Source: a virus (Duplodnaviria; Caudoviricetes). Taken from it: a stretch of DNA of 41,661 nucleotides. Each line of letters begins with the position of its first letter. The stretch's first letter is position 1. Of the stretch, positions 27,005 to 34,698 are shown in pieces. The translations under genes and the position numbers were made by a program. The stretch is from positions 1 through 41,661 of IMG/VR virus record IMGVR_UViG_3300005805_000166; one strand, 5' to 3'. The notes under the pieces were generated by a model. That model did not search any database, was not told the origin of the DNA, and was given only the letters and a program-made list of their open reading frames with translations.

Positions 27005-28291
27005 TTAGGCGAGTTTGGCTTCCAGAGCTTGAACCTTAGCAGCGAGTTCTTTGATGGCCGACACAAGTCGAGCTTCGGTTTTGTTCCAGCCGGACACGGT
27101 CAAGAATCCTTCCTGTTCACCAACTGCATCAGCGTAAACCTCTTGCATTTCTTGAGCGATGAAACCGATTTGATGTCCGTTTCCATCTTTGTAATCGAAC
27201 TCGACCGGACGTAGCGAAAGTATGTTAGCCAACTGAGAAGGAAGGTTAACGATGTTTTTCTTAAGACGAGAATCAGAATATGTGCCGAAAGCGGCTTGAT
27301 TTACACCATTTGCATTGATCTGACCAGACCCAGCACCGTTATCAGCTACTACAAACTGAATAAATAACTGAGAAGTTGTGGTGTTGTTGTCTTTTTTATC
27401 AATTACGAGATGGGGAATCGTTGTATCGCCAGTGGTTCCAATAATCTTGACAGGAATATTGGTTCCATCGCCTTTAACAAGAAATCTAGATGTACTCGGC
27501 GCAACCCCCACGCCGACGTTGCCGGAGGAGTCGATCCTAGCCCGCTCCGCACCATTCGTCCAAAAATACATTGCGCTGGAAAGATATCCAATGCGAGCGG
27601 ATGGATTTACATTGTCACCAAGTGCAATGTGGGCGTCATAGCCCGAACCATTCGATTGGAACCGCCCGACAGTATTGGAGCCAACGGTCGTTCCAGTAAG
27701 AGCGGTTTGAATTGTAAGACGCTCTCCGGGACTCGCCCCCACGCCCAGCCCCGTGGAGTTCAGGGTCATGGCGGTGCCAGCGACTCCGCCGACGTTCGAC
27801 CAAGTGGCTACTCCGTCGGAAGCGATGCGGTAGCGTTCGGTAAAGTTGGTTCCGAAAATGATCGGATACGCTCCTTGCAAATACAGTATTCCAGCATAAG
27901 GCACTCCTGAAAGACCACCAGAACCAGTGCTGTTTTCGCGTCCAACATAAAAAGTGCCAGCACCATTTTCAATGTCTAGGAGACTGGAACCTGTTCCGTT
28001 GTCTCTAATATGAAGACGAGGACTTGCACCAATAATATCCAATATGTATGAAGGACTCGCCGTCCCAATACCCACCCGATTGTTCGCCGAATCCACCTTC
28101 AGCGTCGAGGTGTCCACCGTCAGATCGCCGGTGATGGTGGCGGAGCCAGGAACGACGATGTTATTTCCGCTCGGTCCGGTAGCCGTGTACAGCTCCGTGA
28201 AGTTCTGGTTGCAGTAATCGAACGACGTTCGCAACGGTGTCCCCGTTCCATCGTTCGGCGATGCTCCGATATTGATCGTTTGCTTTGCCAT
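27005..28291 (-). CDS. Tail fibre with C-terminal intramolecular chaperone (Peptidase_S74)
   Basis: MAKQTINIG..PNDGTG.PLR N-terminal module; VGIGT repeats; SDSRLKKNI, GFIAQE. Confidence 0.88.
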   Translation of the reverse strand: MAKQTINIGASPNDGTGTPLRTSFDYCNQNFTELYTATGPSGNNIVVPGSATITGDLTVDTSTLKVDSANNRVGIGTASPSYILDIIGASPRLHIRDNGTGSSLLDIENGAGTFYVGRENSTGSGGLSGVPYAGILYLQGAYPIIFGTNFTERYRIASDGVATWSNVGGVAGTAMTLNSTGLGVGASPGERLTIQTALTGTTVGSNTVGRFQSNGSGYDAHIALGDNVNPSARIGYLSSAMYFWTNGAERARIDSSGNVGVGVAPSTSRFLVKGDGTNIPVKIIGTTGDTTIPHLVIDKKDNNTTTSQLFIQFVVADNGAGSGQINANGVNQAAFGTYSDSRLKKNIVNLPSQLANILSLRPVEFDYKDGNGHQIGFIAQEMQEVYADAVGEQEGFLTVSGWNKTEARLVSAIKELAAKVQALEAKLA

Positions 28292-28317
28292 ATCTGATTA
28301 AATGATTGTTTTTCGAG

Positions 28318-28527
28318 TTACAGAAATTCGGTCATGTCCGCTGTGATGATCGTGGAATCTGACGTAATCACCGTGTTATCCGCCGTGATATCCGCCATGC
28401 CACCAAGAGTCGAAGCCTCCCAAAGTAGGCCAATCTCCAGCAGATTACGCTCACGCGGACTCTTGCACGAAGCTCCGTAAGCCTCCGCAATCAGACTAGC
28501 GGCTTGTTCGCAGGAGATGTTTGCCAT
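28318..28527 (-). CDS. 69-aa putative adaptor
   Basis: N-terminus paralogous to 28529-28963; C-terminal 3x IT(A/S)D heptads. Confidence 0.72.
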   Translation of the reverse strand: MANISCEQAASLIAEAYGASCKSPRERNLLEIGLLWEASTLGGMADITADNTVITSDSTIITADMTEFL

Positions 28528-28528
28528 A

Positions 28529-28963
28529 TCAATGATCAGCTAATTTGAACCATGCGACTCCGTTGGTCATAATGATCAGACTGTTCCACTGCGGAGTCAG
28601 CGCATGGGTCGTCGCGCCATCAATCGTCTCGCTCGCGTAACCATCCACAATCACTTGGTTCGCACCAGCATTGATCCGCTTGAACGCATAGATACGACCC
28701 GGAACAAGCGCAGCCGGAGGCAATGTCATCGTAATCGCGCCACCAGTCGCATCAGCGATGATCAGATAATCACCACTCAACACATTCCCACTGGTCGTAA
28801 CGCTTCGATACGCACCGCGTGTAGCACCGCCACCCTGAAGATACGTCGCAATGCGATTCTCCAGCGCCAACTTGGCCAACTCGACCTCCCAAGGAGAACG
28901 ACATCCAAGCGATGCCGCCTCATTGATCAGCGTCTCCGCCTCATCGCATGTGATGTTTGGCAT
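28529..28963 (-). CDS. Putative head decoration/spike protein
   Basis: DATGGAITMTLP..ETIDG..NGVAW beta module; follows MCP. Confidence 0.65.
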   Translation of the reverse strand: MPNITCDEAETLINEAASLGCRSPWEVELAKLALENRIATYLQGGGATRGAYRSVTTSGNVLSGDYLIIADATGGAITMTLPPAALVPGRIYAFKRINAGANQVIVDGYASETIDGATTHALTPQWNSLIIMTNGVAWFKLADH

Positions 28964-28976
28964 ATCGATTTACAGT

Positions 28977-29270
28977 TTAGGCCATCGGACCGCGTCCGCG
29001 CTGCATCACCTCGGCGATAAAACCGCCGCCGCCGGGAGCAGACCCTTCCTCCATCTCCTCACCCTCCTCGTACTCCCTCTCCTCACCACGCTCGGCCATC
29101 TTCTTACCCTTCGACTTCTTCTCGTATCCAGGAATGGCCATGCCATCAATCTCGATAACCTCAGCCTTGCCACCCTTGCCGAGAACAATAGTCGCCATCG
29201 TCTGGAAAGCCTCGCCTTCCTTCAAATTCTCGGGAATTTCAACGCCTTTTGGAATGGTAAAAACCGGCAT
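28977..29270 (-). CDS. Small protein with acidic tract
   Basis: Biased codons, EEREYEEGEEMEE tract, own promoter-like site. Confidence 0.7.
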   Translation of the reverse strand: MPVFTIPKGVEIPENLKEGEAFQTMATIVLGKGGKAEVIEIDGMAIPGYEKKSKGKKMAERGEEREYEEGEEMEEGSAPGGGGFIAEVMQRGRGPMA

Positions 29271-29276
29271 GACGGG

Positions 29277-29310
29277 AGCATCACTTCGTGGCCTACAGTG
29301 TCAATTAAAA
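29277..29310 (-). promoter_or_regulatory. Putative promoter, possibly leaderless
   Basis: TTGACA-16-GATGCT, 6 nt before ATG. Confidence 0.5.
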
Positions 29311-29343
29311 ACCCCTCACCAACCTTTCGGGTCGATGAAGGGT
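29307..29343 (-). terminator. Second terminator after MCP
   Basis: 14-bp stem with G-U pairs that form only on - strand, then U tract. Confidence 0.7.
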
Positions 29344-29393
29344 GTCCTCGTTTTGAGGGACTGTACAATGCCGCCGAAAAGATACGTAAAAAC

Positions 29394-29425
29394 AAAAAAC
29401 CCGCAAGCCTTTCGACCTGCGGATT
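29394..29425 (-). terminator. First terminator after MCP
   Basis: AATCCGCAGGTC-GAAA-GGCTTGCGGGTT then U tract. Confidence 0.82.
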
Positions 29426-29476
29426 CTTTCGTATGCTTAGCGTTAAATGATCTGCGAAGCGTGAGCGTTTGCAGCG

Positions 29477-30715
29477 TTAGCTGCAAATGATCTGAGTCAG
29501 CGCGCCAGTGCAACGACGGAAGATAATCGTCATGCCCTGATTGGTGAACACCGGCTCGCTCGCGTGAATGAACTCAGCGTAGTGCTGACCCTTCTTATCC
29601 AGAGGATCAACGCAATCGGTGTTCAGCTTGTACGCGCCAGTCACCCACTGCCACTCGCCCATGTAGTTCGTAGGCATCCACGCCAAGTCGCCAACCCGAT
29701 TCACCGGGCGAACGATATGGCTCTTGAACACATACGGAGTAACCACGAACGCGGCCTCGTACGGAGCAGTCACCCAGCTCGGGTTGACACTGAACACAGT
29801 ACCCTTTGTGCCGCTCGAACTGGTGAACGGCTGCACCAGCGTGTACTTGCCACCAGCATAGGTAAACCGGGGCGGGAACAGATTCGGCACATGCCGGAAG
29901 TTCTTAATCACCCGATTCGCACCAATGCGCTTCAACAGCTCAGCACCAGCGCCACTGCCCTGATCCGCATAACGCAAGTCATCGCGGAACGCAGGGTTGT
30001 TCTGGGCGATACGCTGCGAAGCCTCCAGACCGATATACAACGGGAACACCGGACCGTCGCTCGAATAGCTGATGAAGCCAGAGCTATCAGGATTCGTCGC
30101 GCCATTACGGATCAACGTCGCGGCAGCAACATCCAGCATCTCCTGCGTCAACTCAGACGTGGACTGATTCAGCGCCTGACCAGCCGATCCAGTCTGAATC
30201 CAAGGGAACTCATTCACACCAGACGGAATCGTCTCAACCTGAGTGAACGAAGAGTCGGCCACAGCCTTGATCGCGAACTTCGCGAAGGTGTTCTGATAGC
30301 GAGTCTCCCAAGAACGCTGCGCACGAATCGACAGCTTCTCCAAGTAAACGCGCAAGAACGCCTCCACACGATGATCAAAGGTCAGATCATCCTTACACAA
30401 CAGCGGACCTTTCAGCGCGAAACGCTCAGGACTCCAGGTAACCGCATTGTAACCGACCGGAACGTCATTGTAGGTGACGTCGCAAGCGCCTTGATTTTCA
30501 CCGCTCGCAAGCGTGATGGCCGACCACTCCTCAGCCGCAGTCGGCTCAATCGAAGTGGTGGTGAACGAGGTCTGGGTCAAACCAGTCCCCTGAGGATACT
30601 CTCCGCGCTCAATCAAATTGAGCCACATCGAGCGATACGAAGCCCGCTTATAAACGTCCTGCGCGAGCGACTCAGTAGCCACCGCGAAGGCGTTGAAGAC
30701 ATTGGAACAAGCCAT
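29477..30715 (-). CDS. Major capsid protein
   Basis: 412 aa, strong codon bias, own leader and double terminator; no other candidate. Confidence 0.78.
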   Translation of the reverse strand: MACSNVFNAFAVATESLAQDVYKRASYRSMWLNLIERGEYPQGTGLTQTSFTTTSIEPTAAEEWSAITLASGENQGACDVTYNDVPVGYNAVTWSPERFALKGPLLCKDDLTFDHRVEAFLRVYLEKLSIRAQRSWETRYQNTFAKFAIKAVADSSFTQVETIPSGVNEFPWIQTGSAGQALNQSTSELTQEMLDVAAATLIRNGATNPDSSGFISYSSDGPVFPLYIGLEASQRIAQNNPAFRDDLRYADQGSGAGAELLKRIGANRVIKNFRHVPNLFPPRFTYAGGKYTLVQPFTSSSGTKGTVFSVNPSWVTAPYEAAFVVTPYVFKSHIVRPVNRVGDLAWMPTNYMGEWQWVTGAYKLNTDCVDPLDKKGQHYAEFIHASEPVFTNQGMTIIFRRCTGALTQIICS

Positions 30716-30918
30716 GTGAGATGAAAAATTAAACCGACGTTAAACCGACTCTATCGGTAGGCCATCCTATCCATCACACGATGGCTGATCTGCCCACCAT
30801 TCCATTTTGCGGAGCGTCATCGCCGCTTAGACAGTTTGCGATGGCTGACCAAACCTTCGCCTTGCTTAGGGTCGTTACGCGGACTGAGACATAAGAACGT
30901 CTACTTAGTCAATTAAAA
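30716..30918 (-). promoter_or_regulatory. MCP promoter and long repeat-containing 5' leader
   Basis: TTTTAATTGACT at 30918-30907; two pairs of 10-nt direct repeats. Confidence 0.5.
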
Positions 30919-31449
30919 TTAAGACGGTGATTGGCAATCCGAAGGATTCTCAAATAGCTCACGCTGCTCCGCCATGTATGACTTATTCCCACACAGTAGG
31001 CCAATCCTCCCCGGTCTGATCATCTCAGCTTTCGCGATGAATCCTCTAAAACTGTACGGTCCAGGAAACGACCCAATCATCAACGCATAGAAATCCACTC
31101 CACCAGTCTTCCTGGCACCCTTCCGCGTATCGACCAACAACTTCCCACTCTCGTACTTCGTCGTCTTCACATCGATGCGAGAACCATCACTCAACACACA
31201 GTCATACAACGGATGCGGAGGCGGACGATCCGTATCCAGATCAGGATACACATTGAACAGCTTACAGAACGCCATCTCTCCACACACACCCTCCAAATCA
31301 ATCGTCGCAGATGACTCCGCACTAATCTTCAAATTCACAATGTTGAACGAGCGATTATTGCCGTTCCTATGCTTCGCTACAAAGTAAGCCAACTTACGTT
31401 CTGCGTGTGTTAAAGAAACAGTTTGACCGATTTTTACTTTGTTTAGCAC
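30919..31449 (-). CDS. PD-(D/E)xK-like nuclease-fold protein
   Basis: G..GE.AF..., YD..., IDVKTT; start uncertain (GTG 31449). Confidence 0.6.
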   Translation of the reverse strand: MLNKVKIGQTVSLTHAERKLAYFVAKHRNGNNRSFNIVNLKISAESSATIDLEGVCGEMAFCKLFNVYPDLDTDRPPPHPLYDCVLSDGSRIDVKTTKYESGKLLVDTRKGARKTGGVDFYALMIGSFPGPYSFRGFIAKAEMIRPGRIGLLCGNKSYMAEQRELFENPSDCQSPS

Positions 31450-31463
31450 GGTCAAAAAGGTGG

Positions 31464-31550
31464 AAAATTTTTGAGGGGGGTATCGTATACGAAGCCCACC
31501 CCCAAAGGGGGCCTCCCCCTCGCCAGTCAATCTCAACCTATCCTATAGGA
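31464..31550. other. Candidate packaging/terminus signal
   Basis: AAAATTTT, G6 run, palindromes TCGTATACGA and TCCTATAGGA, CCCCCAAAGGGGG, just downstream of terS. Confidence 0.4.
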
Positions 31551-31580
31551 AAACAATCCTTTTCCTTAGATTAGCAAAAC

Positions 31581-31589
31581 TTATCCACA
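31581..31589 (+). promoter_or_regulatory. Perfect DnaA box
   Basis: TTATCCACA, intergenic. Confidence 0.45.
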
Positions 31590-31626
31590 CCATAAGTACC
31601 CTTGCGGTGTACAATGTGTGTTATAT

Positions 31627-32070
31627 TCACTTGTCGGACGGTTCACTCACGACTTGTTCCACGTGGAACTTATCAGGCATTGAACCGAGGAGATTGATTG
31701 AAACGGACGTCGCTTCGCCTTGTTCTGACCAGCCAAACACAAGCGCAGAGCGTTTGGCAACGCTTCCAAGGATTTGCTCCCGAGTCGATTCGTCTTTGAT
31801 GCCATCGAGGTCGTACCCGTTTACCCGCTCAATCGTTGCGGCGGCGTCTTCCGCCAGTTTGCTGCGAACGATTGCAGACAACGCTTCCAATGATTGAGTT
31901 TTCTTTTCAGTGCAAATCGTTTGCATCTGCGCCTTCACTTTTGTGATTCCTTCACGACTAGCTTTCGTCTGCAACGTCGCTTGAGATAGTTGCAAATCGT
32001 TTGCAATCGCTTTCCATTCAGCACCCGCAAGGTAAAGACTCTTCGCATGTTCCCATTGATTTTTAGTCAC
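31627..32070 (-). CDS. Terminase small subunit-like HTH protein
   Basis: WEHAKSLYLAG....IA..L.LS..TL..KA.REG HTH followed by helices. Confidence 0.68.
   Translation of the reverse strand: MTKNQWEHAKSLYLAGAEWKAIANDLQLSQATLQTKASREGITKVKAQMQTICTEKKTQSLEALSAIVRSKLAEDAAATIERVNGYDLDGIKDESTREQILGSVAKRSALVFGWSEQGEATSVSINLLGSMPDKFHVEQVVSEPSDK
31655..31670. promoter_or_regulatory. parS-like site
   Basis: TGTTCCACGTGGAACT, 15/16 match to TGTTCCACGTGGAACA; perfect 14-bp palindrome. Confidence 0.75.
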
Positions 32071-32115
32071 GTTCACTTTGTCCCACAAAGTATGCCAAGT
32101 CTGCAAACAAAAACA

Positions 32116-32163
32116 CCACAACCTGTAGTGTACCCAAAAACCGGACACCACAACATATTGTAT
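32116..32163. promoter_or_regulatory. Tandem NrdR-box-like operators
   Basis: CCACAACCTGTAGTGT and CCACAACATATTGTAT, 32 bp apart. Confidence 0.65.
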
Positions 32164-32332
32164 GCCACTTTAACGTTAAATTTCGCGTTTTTATTTCATC
32201 CGAGGGTAAGGACAGCGGGCAGTTTCAACCCTACCGCGCAAAATAAATCAAAATATTTCTTCTTTTCCGTTGGTACCCGTGTAAAATGAAGGTACCGCAA
32301 GGGCGGCGCAGAAAACTCCAACGAAAACGAAG

Positions 32333-32668
32333 ATGACAAACCACTCGGACCTTTCTTCCGCATCCAAGGCATTCGGAAAGATCGCAACGGAGCAAAACAA
32401 TCCTGCCGCTGCCGCATTGGCAATCCACTTGGCAATAGCCTCTGCCGAAGCCTATGCGGCAGAATTAAACCAACGTCGATCCGTTAAAACTCTTCAAATC
32501 GAACGCACTGCTTCAGGCCAGTACCGCTACCGCATTGTTTCAACGGTCGATGACGAAATGCGCGTTGACGTTGACTGGCAATTCGGAAGCCGGGACAAGG
32601 CCGACACTATTCTTCAGGCTGAAGACCGTTTCCTTGGCAACGCACGATACGACATTGAAAGCTACTAA
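32333..32668 (+). CDS. Early hypothetical protein
   Basis: First gene after divergent control region. Confidence 0.7.
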   Translation: MTNHSDLSSASKAFGKIATEQNNPAAAALAIHLAIASAEAYAAELNQRRSVKTLQIERTASGQYRYRIVSTVDDEMRVDVDWQFGSRDKADTILQAEDRFLGNARYDIESY

Positions 32669-32669
32669 C

Positions 32670-32765
32670 ATGCTCCGAAAACTCTCTTCCTTCGTCGCCC
32701 TCTGCTTCACGTACCTTGCCCTAGGTTACGCGTTTTACTGGTTTTTTATCGTCACACAATTCTAA
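32670..32765 (+). CDS. 31-aa membrane peptide
   Basis: ATG 1 nt after stop; one TM helix. Confidence 0.55.
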   Translation: MLRKLSSFVALCFTYLALGYAFYWFFIVTQF

Positions 32766-32784
32766 CCCTCAATCCAATCCACCA

Positions 32785-33471
32785 ATGAAATCCCTCCTTT
32801 CAATCGATACCAACGCCAAGACCGTCAAAGGCCAGAAGCGCGGCTTTATGACCGGCATCCTATACCTTGCGCCTGACCGAGTTTCCGGCCTGATCAATGT
32901 CTGCGCCAATGCATCCGACGGATGCCGACAACACTGCCTTTACTCTGCGGGTCGTGGTGCATTTAGCTCCGTTCAAAAGGCGCGCATTGCAAAGACTGTT
33001 CACTACGTCAAAGACCGTCCCGCTTTCCTTGCAACGCTGACCGACAACGTCGCTTCGGTCATCCGAAAGGCCAAGGCAAAGCGCATGCATCCGGTCATCC
33101 GTTTAAACGGAACATCCGATATCGGTTGGGAACGATACACGGTCATTCAAGCGTTCAAGACCACGCGTTTCTACGACTACACTAAGAACGCTGACCGCAT
33201 GTTCGCTTTCCTAGATGGCAAGCTACCCCCTAACTATTCCCTGACCTTTTCACGCTCCGAAACCAACGAAACCCAATGTCTCAAGGTCTTGAAACGTGGT
33301 GGAAACGTTGCAGTCGTTTTCCGAAAGTCTTTGCCAACGCATTGGAACGGATTTCCGGTCATTAATGGCGACGAAAACGACCTCCGATTCTTAGATCCAA
33401 AAGGCGTGGTCGTTGGTCTTATGGCAAAGGGTAAAGCGAAGACCGACACAAGCGGTTTCGTGGTGGGTTAA
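32785..33471 (+). CDS. GP88-like protein with Cys triad
   Basis: CANASDGCRQHC, RLNGTSDI, FYDYTK, LTFSRSE, GDENDLRFLD. Confidence 0.78.
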   Translation: MKSLLSIDTNAKTVKGQKRGFMTGILYLAPDRVSGLINVCANASDGCRQHCLYSAGRGAFSSVQKARIAKTVHYVKDRPAFLATLTDNVASVIRKAKAKRMHPVIRLNGTSDIGWERYTVIQAFKTTRFYDYTKNADRMFAFLDGKLPPNYSLTFSRSETNETQCLKVLKRGGNVAVVFRKSLPTHWNGFPVINGDENDLRFLDPKGVVVGLMAKGKAKTDTSGFVVG

Positions 33472-33475
33472 AGCA

Positions 33476-33511
33476 ACGTGTCAGGCTATCGGTAACGGTA
33501 GTCTGCAACGT
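33476..33511 (+). other. Intergenic GNRA-capped stem-loop
   Basis: CAGGCTATCG-GTAA-CGGTAGTCTG, no clear U tract. Confidence 0.65.
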
Positions 33512-33543
33512 GTCTTTAGTCTCCAATCCAATCAAAGAATCCT

Positions 33544-33738
33544 GTGAATCCAAACTATCCCGAAACTGAATCCGAGAAGCTCGAATGCGCCTTGCGCCTT
33601 TTGCTGTCAGCTTTTGACAGGCAATTGACCGATGGACGCCGTGTAAATCAAACGCTTTCAATGGAAGCAAAAGAGGCTTTCCGTGGGCCGGTTCTGGCCG
33701 CACGACTGGCCTTGCAATCCATCAAATCAAACGAGTAA
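33544..33738 (+). CDS. Hypothetical protein
   Basis: GTG start after AATCCAATC leader. Confidence 0.6.
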   Translation: MNPNYPETESEKLECALRLLLSAFDRQLTDGRRVNQTLSMEAKEAFRGPVLAARLALQSIKSNE

Positions 33739-33745
33739 ATCCATC

Positions 33746-34018
33746 ATGCAAGCCATCCATTCCAAGTATCTGCCAGCAACCAACGCACGCGGTTCCCGCA
33801 TTAAAGCTATCGCGGAACGCGGTTCCATCACCATCCAGTTTCCCTACGAAAAGTCCGGTGACGAATGCCATCGCGAAGCGGCTCATCGTCTCATCGCCAA
33901 GTTTTGCGAAAGCGATTTGAAATGCTACGGAACTCCCATCGAATCCAACCCATGGAATCGGCCTTTCGTCACGGGCTGTTTGCCTGACAATTCCTACGCG
34001 CACGTGTTCTCGATTTGA
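33746..34018 (+). CDS. Conserved phage early protein
   Basis: KYLPATNARGSRIKA motif. Confidence 0.72.
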   Translation: MQAIHSKYLPATNARGSRIKAIAERGSITIQFPYEKSGDECHREAAHRLIAKFCESDLKCYGTPIESNPWNRPFVTGCLPDNSYAHVFSI

Positions 34019-34063
34019 CCTATCCTAAGCGCATCACACGCAAGTGTGCTGCGAAAGGGTAGG
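34019..34063 (+). other. Intergenic GNRA-capped long stem-loop
   Basis: CCTATCC..CGCA.CACAC-GCAA-GTGTG.TGCG..GGGTAGG. Confidence 0.68.
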
Positions 34064-34086
34064 CCATTCTATCCCAATCCAATCCA

Positions 34087-34695
34087 ATGAATCCAAAACT
34101 CATTCCAATCCTTGAACGCATTATCGCGCGCGAGCCGATCCTATCATCGTTTCACGCGGACAATTTACCGCAGTCCGCGCTTGCCTATGTGCGCGAGAGA
34201 TATGTCATGTGTCGCAGCCTGTCGTGGGAGGAGCAAGACCTCATCGAAACGCTTCCGCCTTTTGCGGACAACATAGCAGACTCATTCCGCGATGGAACCG
34301 CGCCGGACGCATCGGTTTACCATCTTTTCGATGATGGTTCGCTATGGCTGAAAACGAACGCCTACAGCAGCGTTTGGGCGGACGCTACAGACTACGCGGT
34401 TGAAATCTTGCTCCCGCGCATGGAATTGTCCCGTATAGACGCCGAATTGCTGCGCGCCATTGAAATGGACGATGCGGTCGAATCCGTTCGCTCTGATTTC
34501 TTCGGAGCATTTGCGCGCATTCTGAACCGAGACTGCGGTATTCCGTTCCATGAATCGCGCATTCACTGGGACGCGTGGAGCCGTCAAGCTCCCGATTCGC
34601 TCATTGAGCAGCTAGAACTTGGCGGTTTGGAATCTGGAACCGCCGAGGGCAATCGTTTTGCGGCGGACTTCCTTGCAACCCTGAAGAATGCCTGA
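34087..34695 (+). CDS. Hypothetical acidic protein
   Basis: 202-aa ORF in early operon. Confidence 0.72.
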   Translation: MNPKLIPILERIIAREPILSSFHADNLPQSALAYVRERYVMCRSLSWEEQDLIETLPPFADNIADSFRDGTAPDASVYHLFDDGSLWLKTNAYSSVWADATDYAVEILLPRMELSRIDAELLRAIEMDDAVESVRSDFFGAFARILNRDCGIPFHESRIHWDAWSRQAPDSLIEQLELGGLESGTAEGNRFAADFLATLKNA

Positions 34696-34698
34696 GCT

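Noticed and set aside
29440-29500. Duplicated CAGATCATTT and a hairpin around the MCP stop as a readthrough/frameshift signal
   Set aside because: Any extension runs through terminators and looks non-protein-like; no slippery site seen
29564-30724. 386-aa ORF antisense to MCP
   Set aside because: Shadow frame of a codon-biased gene; Arg/His-rich with no recognisable motifs
31450-31536. N-terminal extension of the 30919 ORF
   Set aside because: Runs through G/C homopolymers and palindromes that look noncoding
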